Part shown: piece by piece, positions 51,605-63,260 of the stretch | Layout of the letters: every line of letters starts with the position of its first letter | How positions within the stretch are numbered: the first letter of the stretch is position 1 | NCBI GenBank assembly: GCA_043228905.1 | Contig: JBHGNT010000001.1 | Span: forward strand, 15,066,001-15,130,000 | From: Azolla caroliniana | Taxonomy: Eukaryota; Plantae; Polypodiophyta | Direction of reading: 5' to 3' | DNA length: 64,000 nt | Translations under genes and position numbers: made by a program | The notes under the pieces: model-generated | Told to the model about the DNA's origin: nothing | Seen by the model: only the letters and a program-made list of their open reading frames with translations | The model's database searches: none

Positions 51605-53563
51605 CGCAAACCCTCCATGCCTTCAACGAGAACAAGTACGAAGGAGAGTGGTTACTGACCGGTAGATTCCTAAGAACATTGACGGCAGATGATTCGTTGA
51701 CAAAGGAGGAGGCCCTACGAATCCGGAAGAAAGCTTACCAATACTTCTTGAAGGAAGGATTCCTTTGGCGACATCCAAAAAGAAGGACAGGAATACCACG
51801 TCGAGTGGTGGTGAAGAAAGAAGAGCAAGAGACGCTGATGACCGAATTCCACGAGAGTACTTGGGCAGGTCATAGAGGAACATGGGCGACGTTCGAAAGG
51901 TTGAAGGAGAAGTACTCATGGCCAAGCATGTACAAAGATGTACTCCAATTCGTGTCTACATGCGAAACTAGCCAAATATATTCAAATATACGTCATCGTG
52001 AAGAGTTACAGCCGACATACCCACTCACCATACACTTCAAATGGATGGTGGATCTGGTCTCGATGCCAATGGGAGTGGGACAAATGAAGTACTTAGCGCT
52101 GGCAAGGAAAAACTTGACAAATCAAGTGGAAGGACGAGCCTAAATAAGACGACTTCAGTCGTTTGCAAATTTCTGCTTGAAGAGGTTGTTTGCTGATACG
52201 GATGTGTGGGGAAGATAGTGGCCGACCGAGGGGAGTTGGATGCCCACGAAGTGACGGAGCTTTTCGAACGACTAGGCGTGAAGCTCTCCCTCACGATTGC
52301 CTACAATCCGGAAGCGAATGGGAAGATCGAGTGAGGGCATGGACCTACTGTTAAAGCCATCGTACGGGCATGCAACGGTCGAGTCGGGAATTGGCCACGA
52401 CTATTACCCTATGCCTTGTGGGCCGATAGAACAACACACAGCTCGGTGACAGGGTATATGCCGACGGAGCTTATGAATGGACAAAAGCCGGGTATGCCCA
52501 TCGAAAGGACGATCGCCTCATGGGTAGCGATACCGTGGGAGAATGAGATGAGCCGAGAAGAGTTATTAGTGGCGCGGATAAGGTAACTTGAAAGAAGACC
52601 TGAAGATCTAGAAAAAGTGCGAAAGATGATAGAGGCAGCCCGAGTAAAGAACAAAGTTCGGTTCGACAACACACATCGACTTCGTCCCAAGAAGATTGAA
52701 GAAGGAGATTGGGTTTTGGTTTACGACAACAACCTTGACAATCAACACAGTACAACAAGAAAGTTTGCAAGAAGATGGTTTGGGCTGTATGTGGTGACAA
52801 GTGCCAACGATAATGCCACATACCACCTTGCGGAGCTAGTCGAATCAAGGTTGGACGTACCCATTGCGGGAAAAACAGTAAAGATTTTCAAGAAAAGACA
52901 AGACGAGAATCCTGACCTCGATCACCTCGACGATGAACATAATAGGGCGGATGTAAATGAAGACATGGAGGAATCTGATTGATCACCGTAGCCGAAATCT
53001 CACTTTCTCTCTTCTTGGCACGTACCGGAGGACGTGCGGTTTGGTGGGGGTGGATGTCGTGAAGATTTTCGGCAATGGTGTGAAAATCACATAAAACGTA
53101 CAAAATCGAGAATGAATCACATAAAACAATAATAGTGAAGTATCTAAGTACAAAATGATGGAGGTCTTCAAGAGCTTTCGAATGCACTTTATTACACGAG
53201 AAACGGACAACTAGATGTCAAGATATGAGGGTATAAAGTTTGTGCAAGGAAAAGAGAAAACTGTGAGATATCCCACATAGGCACGACAAATATAGCTCTC
53301 ATCATATATAAGCTAGAGCAAAAGCTATTATCTTTGTGTCTATGTGTTGAGCATAGAGAGTTCAAGGTAACTTGAACTAAGAGTGGAGGTGGCCTAGCCA
53401 CTCCTAAAGGTTTTGGCCAACCAAAATGGAACTGGACGGTAACCGGTGATTAGTGATCCGACGAAGCCGGTGATCCGGCGGTGGCGACCGACGGTAACCG
53501 GCATCCGACAAATCGGCGTCCAAATTAATAAATAAATATACATCACATATATATACACAAGAA

Positions 53564-53635
53564 GGGCAAGTGAGGATTCAAACCTTGCACCTCCTAATTA
53601 AGAGTCAGTAGGCTTACCGCTAAGCCTTGACATTT
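53564..53635 (-). pseudogene. tRNA-Lys(CTT)-like cassette in LTR U3
   Basis: Minus strand GGCTTAGCGGTAAG..CTGACTCTTAATTAG..GGTTTGAATCC; same cassette as 23324..23395. Confidence 0.65.
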
Positions 53636-54097
53636 AGTTGAGTTTATATTTCTATCATTGTACTTTTACATGGAAATTCTCATACATGAGAGCTAAAATG
53701 AGTGACATGGTTATCATGCACCACATGTAATACATGAGCGCCAAATGGCAAACATGCATTTTATGCATGTCTTGTACCCTCACATGCATCATATGCATGA
53801 GAGCATCTATAAAAGAAGGGATGAAAAAGAAGAAGGGTTAGGTTTTTTTTGGTTATGAAATTAAGAAGAAGAGAATTCGTTATCGAATTGATCATGTAAC
53901 TTGTTTCTTAAATCTAAAGATAAAATTTCTATCAATCTCTCTCAATCGAAAGTCAAGCGTTTAATCTCAACTTCTCTCTTTCCCAATCTATCTTAAAGAC
54001 TTCCTCACGAAAGCTTGTACCGACTTTGAATCCTTCCGATCCAGAACCCCAACGGTTCCGCCTCACCATCCGCGCCTAGTGACGGATCTTCACGACA

Positions 54098-57000
54098 GCG
54101 CAGGAACACCGGTATACGAGAGTGCATGGCTCAAGGGAATTAAGTAGGATAAGTACTAGGCATGAGTATAAGGAGGGGGTACTAGGTAGTTAGAGCATTA
54201 AAGAAGATATAGACATCGCATAAGTAGGGAGAGTTACGAGAAGAGAACCTAGGACGAGAAAGTAAAGGGTCATGAATGTTTGTGACGGTCGCTCCTTGTG
54301 CTATAAAAGGGGCGACCTTTAACTGTCTTTGAAAAGGGGATCGAGAGGAAAGGATACACAGAGAAAGACCGAGGACTGATCATGGAAGAAGACGGTTCCC
54401 CTGCTCGCGTCAAATGCCCAAGTGCTCTCGACCGGGGGATCGACCTTCTGCGCACTGACGTCTCTTTGTACCTGGCTATTTGCCAAGCTCCGCGCTCCAT
54501 CACTGGCTCTGATCCGGTTGTAACCACTCACAGCACCGTGCACCTGTGTTTTAATATAACTCGTTCTACCTAACATACTTTGTTCTCAGTGTCTTTGTCC
54601 GTGTCTGTGTCTACGCGTGACTCTCTTACTCTCTCCCGTTTGCTAGACTTACTCGCTCTCCCATGGTCTCAAGACATACGCGATCTCCAAACTCCTCCCT
54701 CCTCACTTTCCTGATTCCTTGGTTCGAGATCCCTGTGGTCCTGCCCGACTCCACGCATCCGCAAGGATAACCTCGATATCTTTGGTGAACCCGACGTGAA
54801 TAAGGGCAGCAAAGGAATCTGGAGATGAGAGGAAACGAGCTTGTAGAAGCGATGGCGGTGGCGGCAGACCGCTTGGTTAGTGCTCGCGAGGGTGTGAGTG
54901 CTGTCGACCAGGTCGTAGAGGCAACAGTCGGCAAGATAGGCCAGTTCGGGAGAAAGGACGCCACGAGCTACTTAGAGGCCTACAAATCTGAAATGCAGAT
55001 GAGGAACATACCCGAACATAGACGGCTAGCGGGGTTTCCCCGGGTCATAACACCACACATCCATACAGAGATGGTTGAGATACAAGCGGGCTGTCACGAT
55101 TGGGCGGAGTTCGCAGAGGAAGTTCTCGAGAGGTACAACTACGATGATTCGCTCCGGCTATCGAGAAAGGATTTTATGGAGGTACAGTCCCGACAAGGGT
55201 CAGAATGCTTATGCGCTCCTCCAGGAGTTCGAGTTACGGTTCACACGACTCTCTAGGTTGGACCGAACCTTGCTCGAAACGAGCAAGGTTCTATTTTTTG
55301 TCACTTCGTTCGACTCACGCGTTCGGGAAAGCATGGGTCTTCTTCTGGAAACCAACCGAGGCCTCATGACTGACTGGGCGACCGTCAAGGAAGTATGCAG
55401 CAGGATTGACAAACACTGGGACTGGAAAGAAAAGGGGTCCTCGTCGGTCGGACCGATTGGCGAACATAGTCGCGGGACCTACAGATGGCACTGTACTAGA
55501 AGAACTAACAAGGATGGTGCGCGACCTTCAGATCGCCCAGGCCCGACGAAGCGATGAATGTCAGCCGTGCGCCCGGCGACCACCAACCAATCAGAGGTGC
55601 GTATGGTGCGACGCCACCAGACATGCTCGGAGAGAATGCGCTGACTTCGGAGAAGCGCTCAGGAGTAATGTAGTCTACCTTTCGAACGACAGGATACATG
55701 CGAGCGACATGAATTTCGGACGAGGTGGCATGAAGAGGCTAAAGGAAGAAGCCGTGGTCCAGCAAGTCGAAGCCTTCCACTATTCGGCTTCAGTCCACAT
55801 ATGCGTAGGGGAGAGGACGACCAAACCCGATTCCAAATCTGGGTTCTAGCCGGTCGTTCTGGCCGGTCGTTCTCGTGACTGCAGAAGGAGGAAGCGGAGC
55901 ACGCAGAAGAACGTGTTCGTGAAGTTACCGGGTGGAGCGACCCCATTGAAGAAAGCACTGGCTTTGTGGAGGCCGTGTGCAGGAACTACGAACCCTGATT
56001 GATGAACGACGAGCAGGAAAAACCGGGGGAGCGGGCCCATCGGGGAGACATGACACACGAAGCGCAACCAAAAAGCACGATGCCGCTCCGACCGGATCCC
56101 AGGAGAAGAAGAAGGGCAGGATTCCAAGCTGCCACTTAAGCTCGGAGATAGAGAAAACAACGAACCTACAAAAGGTTCTAGAGGAGCGAGCTCTTTACAA
56201 TCGCATAGAACTCACGCTTAGGGAAGTGCTCGGCATAGCAAGAAGGGAGTTCCACGACAGCATCCTGGACCTCGTGAAGAGGAAGCGTCTCGCAACGGAA
56301 CCAGAGCCCGAGAAGCCGGTTGAGGTAAGGCCGACACTCCTCGATGAGATAGCCGTGGAAGACGAGCTCGCGGAGAGCCACTGCACCAAACCGCACTGGG
56401 CAAGAGCTACTACAGAAACCCCAGTCCATATCGGGAATGTCAAGGAACCGGTGGTGGCGTTAATCGACCACGGGTCGGAAATTAACCTGATGTCCATGAA
56501 CTTCTACAAAAAGGGGAAGTGGCCGATCAATACCAAACATGGGTGGAGGATACGCGCGGCTACAAGAGACACGGAAGAGTTACACGGGGCTTGCCCGAAC
56601 GTTAGGGTGAGCATCGGGGACGTCGACATAAACCAACACTTTTTCGTGCAAGAGAGGTCCTCTCACCCGGTCATCCTTGGGAAACCATACATCACGGCGG
56701 CTAGAATGGAAACGAAAGTGGTGGACAATGGTTCAGCCTACGTGAGGGTACAAAGTCAGGACGGCCGTCATTCCGTTCAATTTTTGACCGTTCGAAAGAA
56801 CCACGAACAAAATCGGGACACCCTCGGAACTGATAACAAGCCGGATTTTTAAAGAGGGCTATCAAGGCATGGGGCCGCGATTGTCCGGATAACCGGAAAG
56901 CTCCCCACACCTGTAAAATAGGTAGGAAAGTTTTGTTCTCTGACAACGGAGGATGTACCATAGGCAACATGAGAGGCCGAGAAAGAAAACGGGCTGAGAT

Positions 57001-58359
57001 ACGCTTAAAGGCGTGCGGAGCCTTGAGCCGCGACGAAGGAATTGGGGAAGCCATGGAGGCGGTCTCGTTCGATGACACCCTGTGTCAAATCGGGAAGGTA
57101 GTCGAAGGAGGTCTAAGCGAAGACCGAGTCATACCGGTCAACTTGATTGACATGTATGAAGTCATTGCAGGCTTCGAAAGAGGAACCCGGGCGCATCGGA
57201 TCGCCCGAGTAGACAAGAAATACAAGACTGTAGACCGGAAGGTGAAGCTCGTCGCGGCTCCCTTGCTGGAGGGCAGCTGGGAACGAATAAAGGGGGTCGC
57301 TACCAACCCTAGCTTGCGGGATCCGACCGGCATAAGGCACCGTTTCAGTGACAAAACGCTATAAGAGTTGAAGATCGGTGGGGGTGGCTTCCTACTATTG
57401 GCGGAAGAGGATCGGTTCAGAAGGATGCTCGAAAGGCACAGGAAGGCCTTCGCATTCTCATCAGGAGAGATCGTGTGCATCGACCCAAACATCATCGAGC
57501 CAATGGTAATATTTACGGTGCCGCACGTACCATGGAGCTTCAAGCCAATCCAAGTACCGAGAACTCACATGCCGATGCTGATGGAGCTCCTTAAACAGAA
57601 AGTAGAGTTGGGCATCCTCGAACCGTCGAGTGCCCCCTATTCTAACCGGTGGTTTACGATACCGAAGAAGAACGGTACGTTGTGGTTCATCCAGGACTTA
57701 CAACCGGTCAACAAAGTGACCATCCGCAATACGGGAGTCGGACCGTCGATCGATGAGTTCGCGGAAGCCTTCACTGGAAGGTCCATATACTCGGTCGGAG
57801 ACCTTTACTCAGGATACGACCAATTCTAGTTGGCCCTGGAAAGCGGACATCACGACGATGCGAACCCCTCTCGGTCTAGTTCAGATGTGCACCTTACCAC
57901 AAGGAGGAACCAACTGGGTTGCACACATGGTGAGTGTTATGAACAGAGTTCTGAGGAATTGCATTCCGGACATCACCATGCCTTTCCTGGAGGACATCCC
58001 TATCAAGGGGTGTTCAGAGGACACCAAGGATGAGTCGATCGGCGCAGACGGGTCCCGAAGGTTTGTCACAGACCACATTGCTGACTGCGAAAAGATACTA
58101 CAAAGGCTCGAAGGCGTGCAACTTACCTTCTCGGAAGAGAAGTCGGCCTTCGGGCAACAAGAGATAGAGGCCATCGCCGACCAAGGTAGACGCCATCTCG
58201 GCAATGAAGGAGGAATGTGGATCCGTCACAGAGGTCCGGTGATTCTTAGGAGCATGCACCTTCTACCACATATGGATCCCTCATTACGCGCACGTCGCCG
58301 AACCACTCTACGGCCTGTTGAAGAAGAGCAGAAGATTTGCATGGACGAAGGAACATACA
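54098..58359 (+). mobile_element. TGTCGT-type gypsy, 5' part (partial LTR to 54778, PBS-Trp, gag-PR, RT), truncated
   Basis: gag from 54825; C..C....H....C; protease LIDHGSEINLM; RT motifs; ends abruptly near 58359. Confidence 0.9.
54783..54801 (+). promoter_or_regulatory. primer-binding site complementary to the tRNA-Trp 3' end
   Basis: TGGTGAACCCGACGTGAAT, 4 nt after the LTR end; same PBS at 47313..47330 (minus); tRNA assignment is from recall of plant cytosolic tRNA-Trp. Confidence 0.8.
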
Positions 58360-58368
58360 ATACGTGCA

Positions 58369-58642
58369 TGTATATAATAGTGGAAAATGTAGGATAATGC
58401 ACATTAGGATAAGTGATTGGAATAACTAACTTATTAAAGTATTCAATACTTGTATTTAAAGTTGATCTAATCTATTCCTCAGTTTGTTCATATGGGATCA
58501 AACCATATGTATATAATTGTGGACAATGTAAGACAGTGAACTTTAGGATAATGTCGTGGAAATAACAAACCTATTAAGGCTTTCATACTTGTATTTAAAA
58601 TTGATCTACTCTATTGCTTAGGTGATTCACATAGTATCAAAC
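58369..58642. repeat. diverged 139-bp direct duplication
   Basis: TGTATATAAT.GTGGA.AATGTA...ATACTTGTATTTAAA.TTGATCTA at 58369 and 58508. Confidence 0.8.
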
Positions 58643-59036
58643 TTCGAACGATAACGCAATTGGAACCATTATCAACACACTACACAATCTAAGCAACAAT
58701 GGAATAGAAACATAATAGTTTTAACAATAGAAGACAAAGATCCATAATAACAACATGGACAGTCATGGCAACAATTGTAGGGGCCATGTTCTGTTAAGTT
58801 TAGCTTGGACCAAAATCAGCCTCAATTTAAACTAATTCATGTTTCTCCATAAATTTGGTAGTTAGCTATGCACGCGGTGAAACCAATGTCATAAATCTAC
58901 TAACCAAGTATATAAAAATAAAATTGAAACATATAGAAGATTATAAAGATTAGAACCCACTAGGTAAAACCCAAAATTTGTATTAATAATGTGAAATCCA
59001 AACAAATCGTCAGTGTCATTTTCTTCATAGAGTCTA

Positions 59037-62000
59037 TTACATAGCAATCAATTCATCAACGTCATTTTCTTCATCATCTTGTGTAGAACTCTCTTCGGCT
59101 ATACGTGCATTGGCTTCTCCTATTAGCCGAGCCAACGAAATATCTTCTATAAGCCCATCATCAAGCTCTATTAGCTCCCCCGATTCGCCGGATAACGGAG
59201 GAATAGGCTCTCGCGAAGCAGGTTGAAACCTTTCTGTATTAGCGAGGTTCTTTGCACCGACCTCCTCATCCTGGTCTGGGCACTCCCACAAAGCCTTAAT
59301 CCGCATATTAATAAATATAACCTGCTCCTCATCCTTCTCCAATGCAACTGTATTTCTAAAGAGCTTCAATGCACATGCAGACGTCGTTCCTGTGAAGTAA
59401 GTAACAAGAAGATTTAGTTGTCAAACAAAAAAGATTCAGTATTGGTTATCTCAAGATCGTTACCCTAGTTCGAGGAATACCTGTGCCAGAAAAGAGATCT
59501 AATATCCAGTCTCCTTCGATAGAAAACATCTCGATCAAGCACATCATAAGTCGTTGAGGTTTTTGACATGGGTTGTCAAGTCCCCGTTTTGTCGTGGTGA
59601 CATGTCGCAATTTCCGTGTCACTGCTGGATATACCAACAGATTTGAACCTCCCACTTCATTAGAATGCTCCTTGATTCTCTGTTTCTTAATTTCATCGAA
59701 GTAGCCAACCGTGATGTATTCAATGGCATTAACGAACCGAAAGGTTGGCCCTCTATTTACATTGGTTTTTATTCTATAAAAAATAATACATCGAGTTAAG
59801 AATAGATTGAACAACCTTAAGAAATGCAATATAGTGAATGACACCTATAAATAATCCTTACCATGCAAGGTTCTCGATGCCATGGCAACGAGATCTCAAA
59901 GCTTGAGCTACCGAGTACCCTTGGTCCATACTATGAAAGACAATTATTCGCCACAAGGATGCAGTCGTTAGCTCAGCGAAATCCTTGACCATCTTCTCCA
60001 ATTGTTTAAACCTAAACGGTTCATCATTGTATGATGACCTAGCCATTCGAAATCCGTAAGGAATATCCGCAATCATTAGCGTATATTCCTTCTTTGGCAC
60101 TTTTTGGATCAAGTCGACGACATCACCACAAACCACATTGTAGTAAAGATCTCTCGTAATATCTTTTTTGTGGCTAAATTTTTTAAAGGAGCCATCTTCC
60201 TCCATTTCATACGCCTTGACTAAGGGACAATTCTTTTCTTTTCTGGCTCACTCGAGATGTGAAAGGAAGGATGTATGGAAATTGTGTATATCCTTAACTT
60301 CTCCTTGTTTCTTGCCTCGACATGGTTTCTAATAGAAGCAATAGGACATCAGGTATTATTATACAAGCTCTACATATGATGAAAGGGTAATGAAATACCA
60401 CCAATACTAACGCAATCCTTGAATGCAATAAAATACTCTGATAACGGCTTATATGAAGAAGTTAGAGGATAATCCTCAGTCACTTGTTCCCAAGTTATAC
60501 ATCCAAGTTGTTTCATCATAACTTCTTGGATCTTCATGTACACCTTATGACTATAAAATTAGAAATCAAGATTAGAACTTTGAATTACACCATATAGACT
60601 ACAATTTCAGTATTTGAAAGACTTACTTATTGAACTCAGTGACCATTTCTTCAAGGCTTAAATCTTTCACCACAACCGTTGACAAATCAGACACAAGAAG
60701 CTGCTCGTCCTTAATACCTTGCATTGCTCTCCACAGAGACAGCTTCATGTCGTCTGTTGCTTCTTCAATTGTCAAGTCAATTTTCTTGGCGGCTTGTGAC
60801 TTTAACTCTAGTTGAGGGTCAACCTTACATTTCTTTTGTCATTGACCCTTTACCTCCTTATTCTCCCACATTGAGAAGATTTGATCTTGTAGGTCCCATA
60901 CTTCTCCATTTCTAAACGCCAATTGAAACCAAGACTCATATTTTCGAAGACCATCAGACTTAACATTATCATCTACAACAATACCGACTTCATGCAGACA
61001 TTGACGTCCTGGATGTAGCTTCACACCAAAACTTTTGTTTCATGTCCAAATACTCATGGTGGAAGAACCGTATACGCTCAATCGACGACATTTTCTGCCT
61101 ATAGTCATTATCATTATTATGGTCCCATGCCAACAGCTTAGCCTCTTCGGTTGTGAGCCCAACATAAATTTTGCACTTGGCATACTTGAAGAAGAAAGTC
61201 GTTGGATGTTCTCTCACAAGTTGCCGACGTGCCTCCGCTGAATGCGATCCACCAATGACAAAGTAATTATATTGATCATGCTTTCTAATATCAAAATCTT
61301 CAATGGTTTCACATTCTTCAAGATCTACCATAACAATAAAAGGCACCACAGTGGCATGGGGATTAATTTTCATTTTTTTCTTGAGATTTTGAACATGCAT
61401 GCGATGTGGCTCTCTAATCTAAAGTGGTCTTCGACCTGTTTTTTCATCAATAGGGGGCCGATGGATGTGTGTTATAGGCAAATTAAACACTTTCCCTTTC
61501 CTGACCAGTTTACGCTGCATTAACTCTCTCCTTATCTTATTCTGCTCAGATGACAAAACACCTGATGCCAGCTCAGCTCCTGGCGTCCCCTTAGTGTCCT
61601 CCACTTCGTTTTCACTTGTTGAATCAGAGTCCGACATTTTGGTTGTCTTCTTCTTTGGTGGTCTTGACTGGACTTTGGATACCCTTTTTGTGGCCTTCAA
61701 TGGGGAGGGCACTTCATCTCTTAGAGTTACATGGCCTTGTATATAAGGCCTCAAGGTAACAATAAGGTTTTGTGAGCTTTCAAGATCTTTTTTGAACGCT
61801 TCTTGCCCACAAGATTCCTTTACTAAAAGATCTTCTGAAAGGAACACTTTACGTACCCCCTTGGAGCACTCTATCATTACCAGTATGTTGGCCGAATTTG
61901 CATCTTCGTAGTCAAATCGTAGAATACGGTCATTACATAAATGGGGTTTCCTTTCCAAGCTGCCCCTCCCCCTTCTTCTTTGCTGTATACAATACGACTT

Positions 62001-63133
62001 TTTTCTTTGAGTCGACGTATTGCATACACCATTCCTTGTCCGTTAGATCACGGTCAGGAAGGTCTTCACCTCTAGTAGCTGCTACAAGTTTCTTTTGGCT
62101 AACGTCATTGTGTGGTTGAGATTTTGACTCCTCGTTGAAGAGAAGCTTTTTTCTTCTCTTCATGGACTTGGGAGCTACCTTGGTATGTACTTCGATTGGA
62201 GAACCCTGTATGCGAAGCTTTATTTTCTTCACGGGTCGGTCTGACAGGTTCTCAAACGACCTATTTAAGAAAGTACATGCAAAACCATAAGTTAGGTGGT
62301 CACGTAGATTAAGGTTGTATATTAAAATATAAATAAGTAGATGAAGAAAGGTTCTCACTAGCAGGCGATTAGTGGTGAACTATAAATATCAATCATGCAT
62401 TCAGAGTACATGGTAGTCCTATATTCAAAAATCTATTCTAGTCAGGGCTATTCAAACTAGAAAATATATATCGTAATAAGTATACAAGGTTATATATTCT
62501 CTTGAAGAGGAGGTATGACTTATATTGATTCCATAACTATATTGAGGAGAATTTGCTATCATAAAGGTAATTTGTGGGTTATTTTCTACTATTTTAAGCT
62601 ATAGTAGGTCATAAAACACCTATAATTAGGGCATGTTTTTCTAAAAAAGTAAGGCAAGTCAACATAAAAAGATTGATTTTGACAGATAGTTTGATATCTT
62701 TTCCACACAATAATTAATTGTTGCCCCAAAAACACAAATTTTCTCTTTCAAGGCCTTCTTTTATACAGGAACTCGATACGGCGTATCGAGTTCCTGTTTA
62801 AAATACAAACATAATCCAGGAACTCAACACACCTTATTGAGTTCCTATTTTAAACACAAATATTGCAAAGGAACTCGATACGCCGTATCGAGTTCCTGTT
62901 TAAAACCTAAACATTAAACAGGAACTCGATATGCCGTATCGAGTTCCTGTTTAAAAAGCAAAGAAAAAATAGGAACTGGATACACCGTATCGAGTTCCTA
63001 TATAAAATTTGTACTTTATACAGGAACTCGATACGGCGTATCGAGTTCTTGAGTGACAAAACATATTTACAAAAATGTCCACAATGTCAGAGGCCTACCT
63101 GGAGTCCTCGCGCTCAATTATCTTTGAAGACAT
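59037..63133 (-). pseudogene. spliced ParB-like + beta-class N6-adenine/N4-cytosine DNA methyltransferase fusion gene (about 970 codons), disabled
   Basis: Exons 63133-63099, 62260-60627, 60550-60412, 60328-59862, 59773-59481 and 59389-59037 with phase-matched GT-AG introns; ParB-like PFIVMVD..YFVIGGSHSAEA..HN; MTase GD..DL..IADIPY, W-I-K, NPCQKP..L..LIE..S..GDWILDLFSGTGTT..RNTVALEKD; four stops and two frameshifts. Confidence 0.85.
62767..63050. repeat. array of six 29-bp palindromes at an exact 51-bp period, inside intron 1
   Basis: Consensus AGGAACTCGATACG-N-CGTATCGAGTTCCT at 62767, 62818, 62869, 62920, 62971 and 63022; five 22-bp AT-rich spacers. Confidence 0.95.
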
Positions 63134-63252
63134 GGTTGATCGTGTGGCAGTGGAGGTGGAGATCGCGCTTTCGTGCTTCGTGCTCTGTGTGCTTTGTGTG
63201 CTCTTGTATGCTCTTTGTGTGCTCTTGTGAGTGAAATATGACGAGGTTGTCC

Positions 63253-63260
63253 TATTTATA
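63253..63260 (-). promoter_or_regulatory. TATA box of the ParB-MTase gene
   Basis: CCTATAAATAGG on the minus strand, about 120 bp upstream of ATG 63133; CACA/AGAG-repeat 5' leader in between. Confidence 0.65.

Larger units (their letters stand above)
48920..54097 (+). mobile_element. TGTCGT-type gypsy: PR end, RT-RH-IN, PPT and 3' LTR (53055..54097)
   Basis: RT DLYSGYDQ, PQGATNSV and FLDDIPIKG; RH VDTSP..IETDC; IN; PPT GGTGGGGGTGGA 53043..53054; LTR TGTCGTGAAGAT..ATCTTCACGACA. Confidence 0.93.

Noticed and set aside
62767-63050. CRISPR array (29-bp palindromic repeats with constant-length spacers)
   Set aside because: The spacers are only 22 bp, AT-rich and mutually similar (GTTTAAAA..AAA). 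The repeat is a full palindrome, there are no cas genes, and it lies in a spliceosomal intron.
59037-63133. Bacterial or phage contamination as the source of ParB-MTase
   Set aside because: It has five phase-matched GT-AG introns, a CTAAC branch-like motif, a TATA box and the same transition-type decay as the flanking plant TEs.
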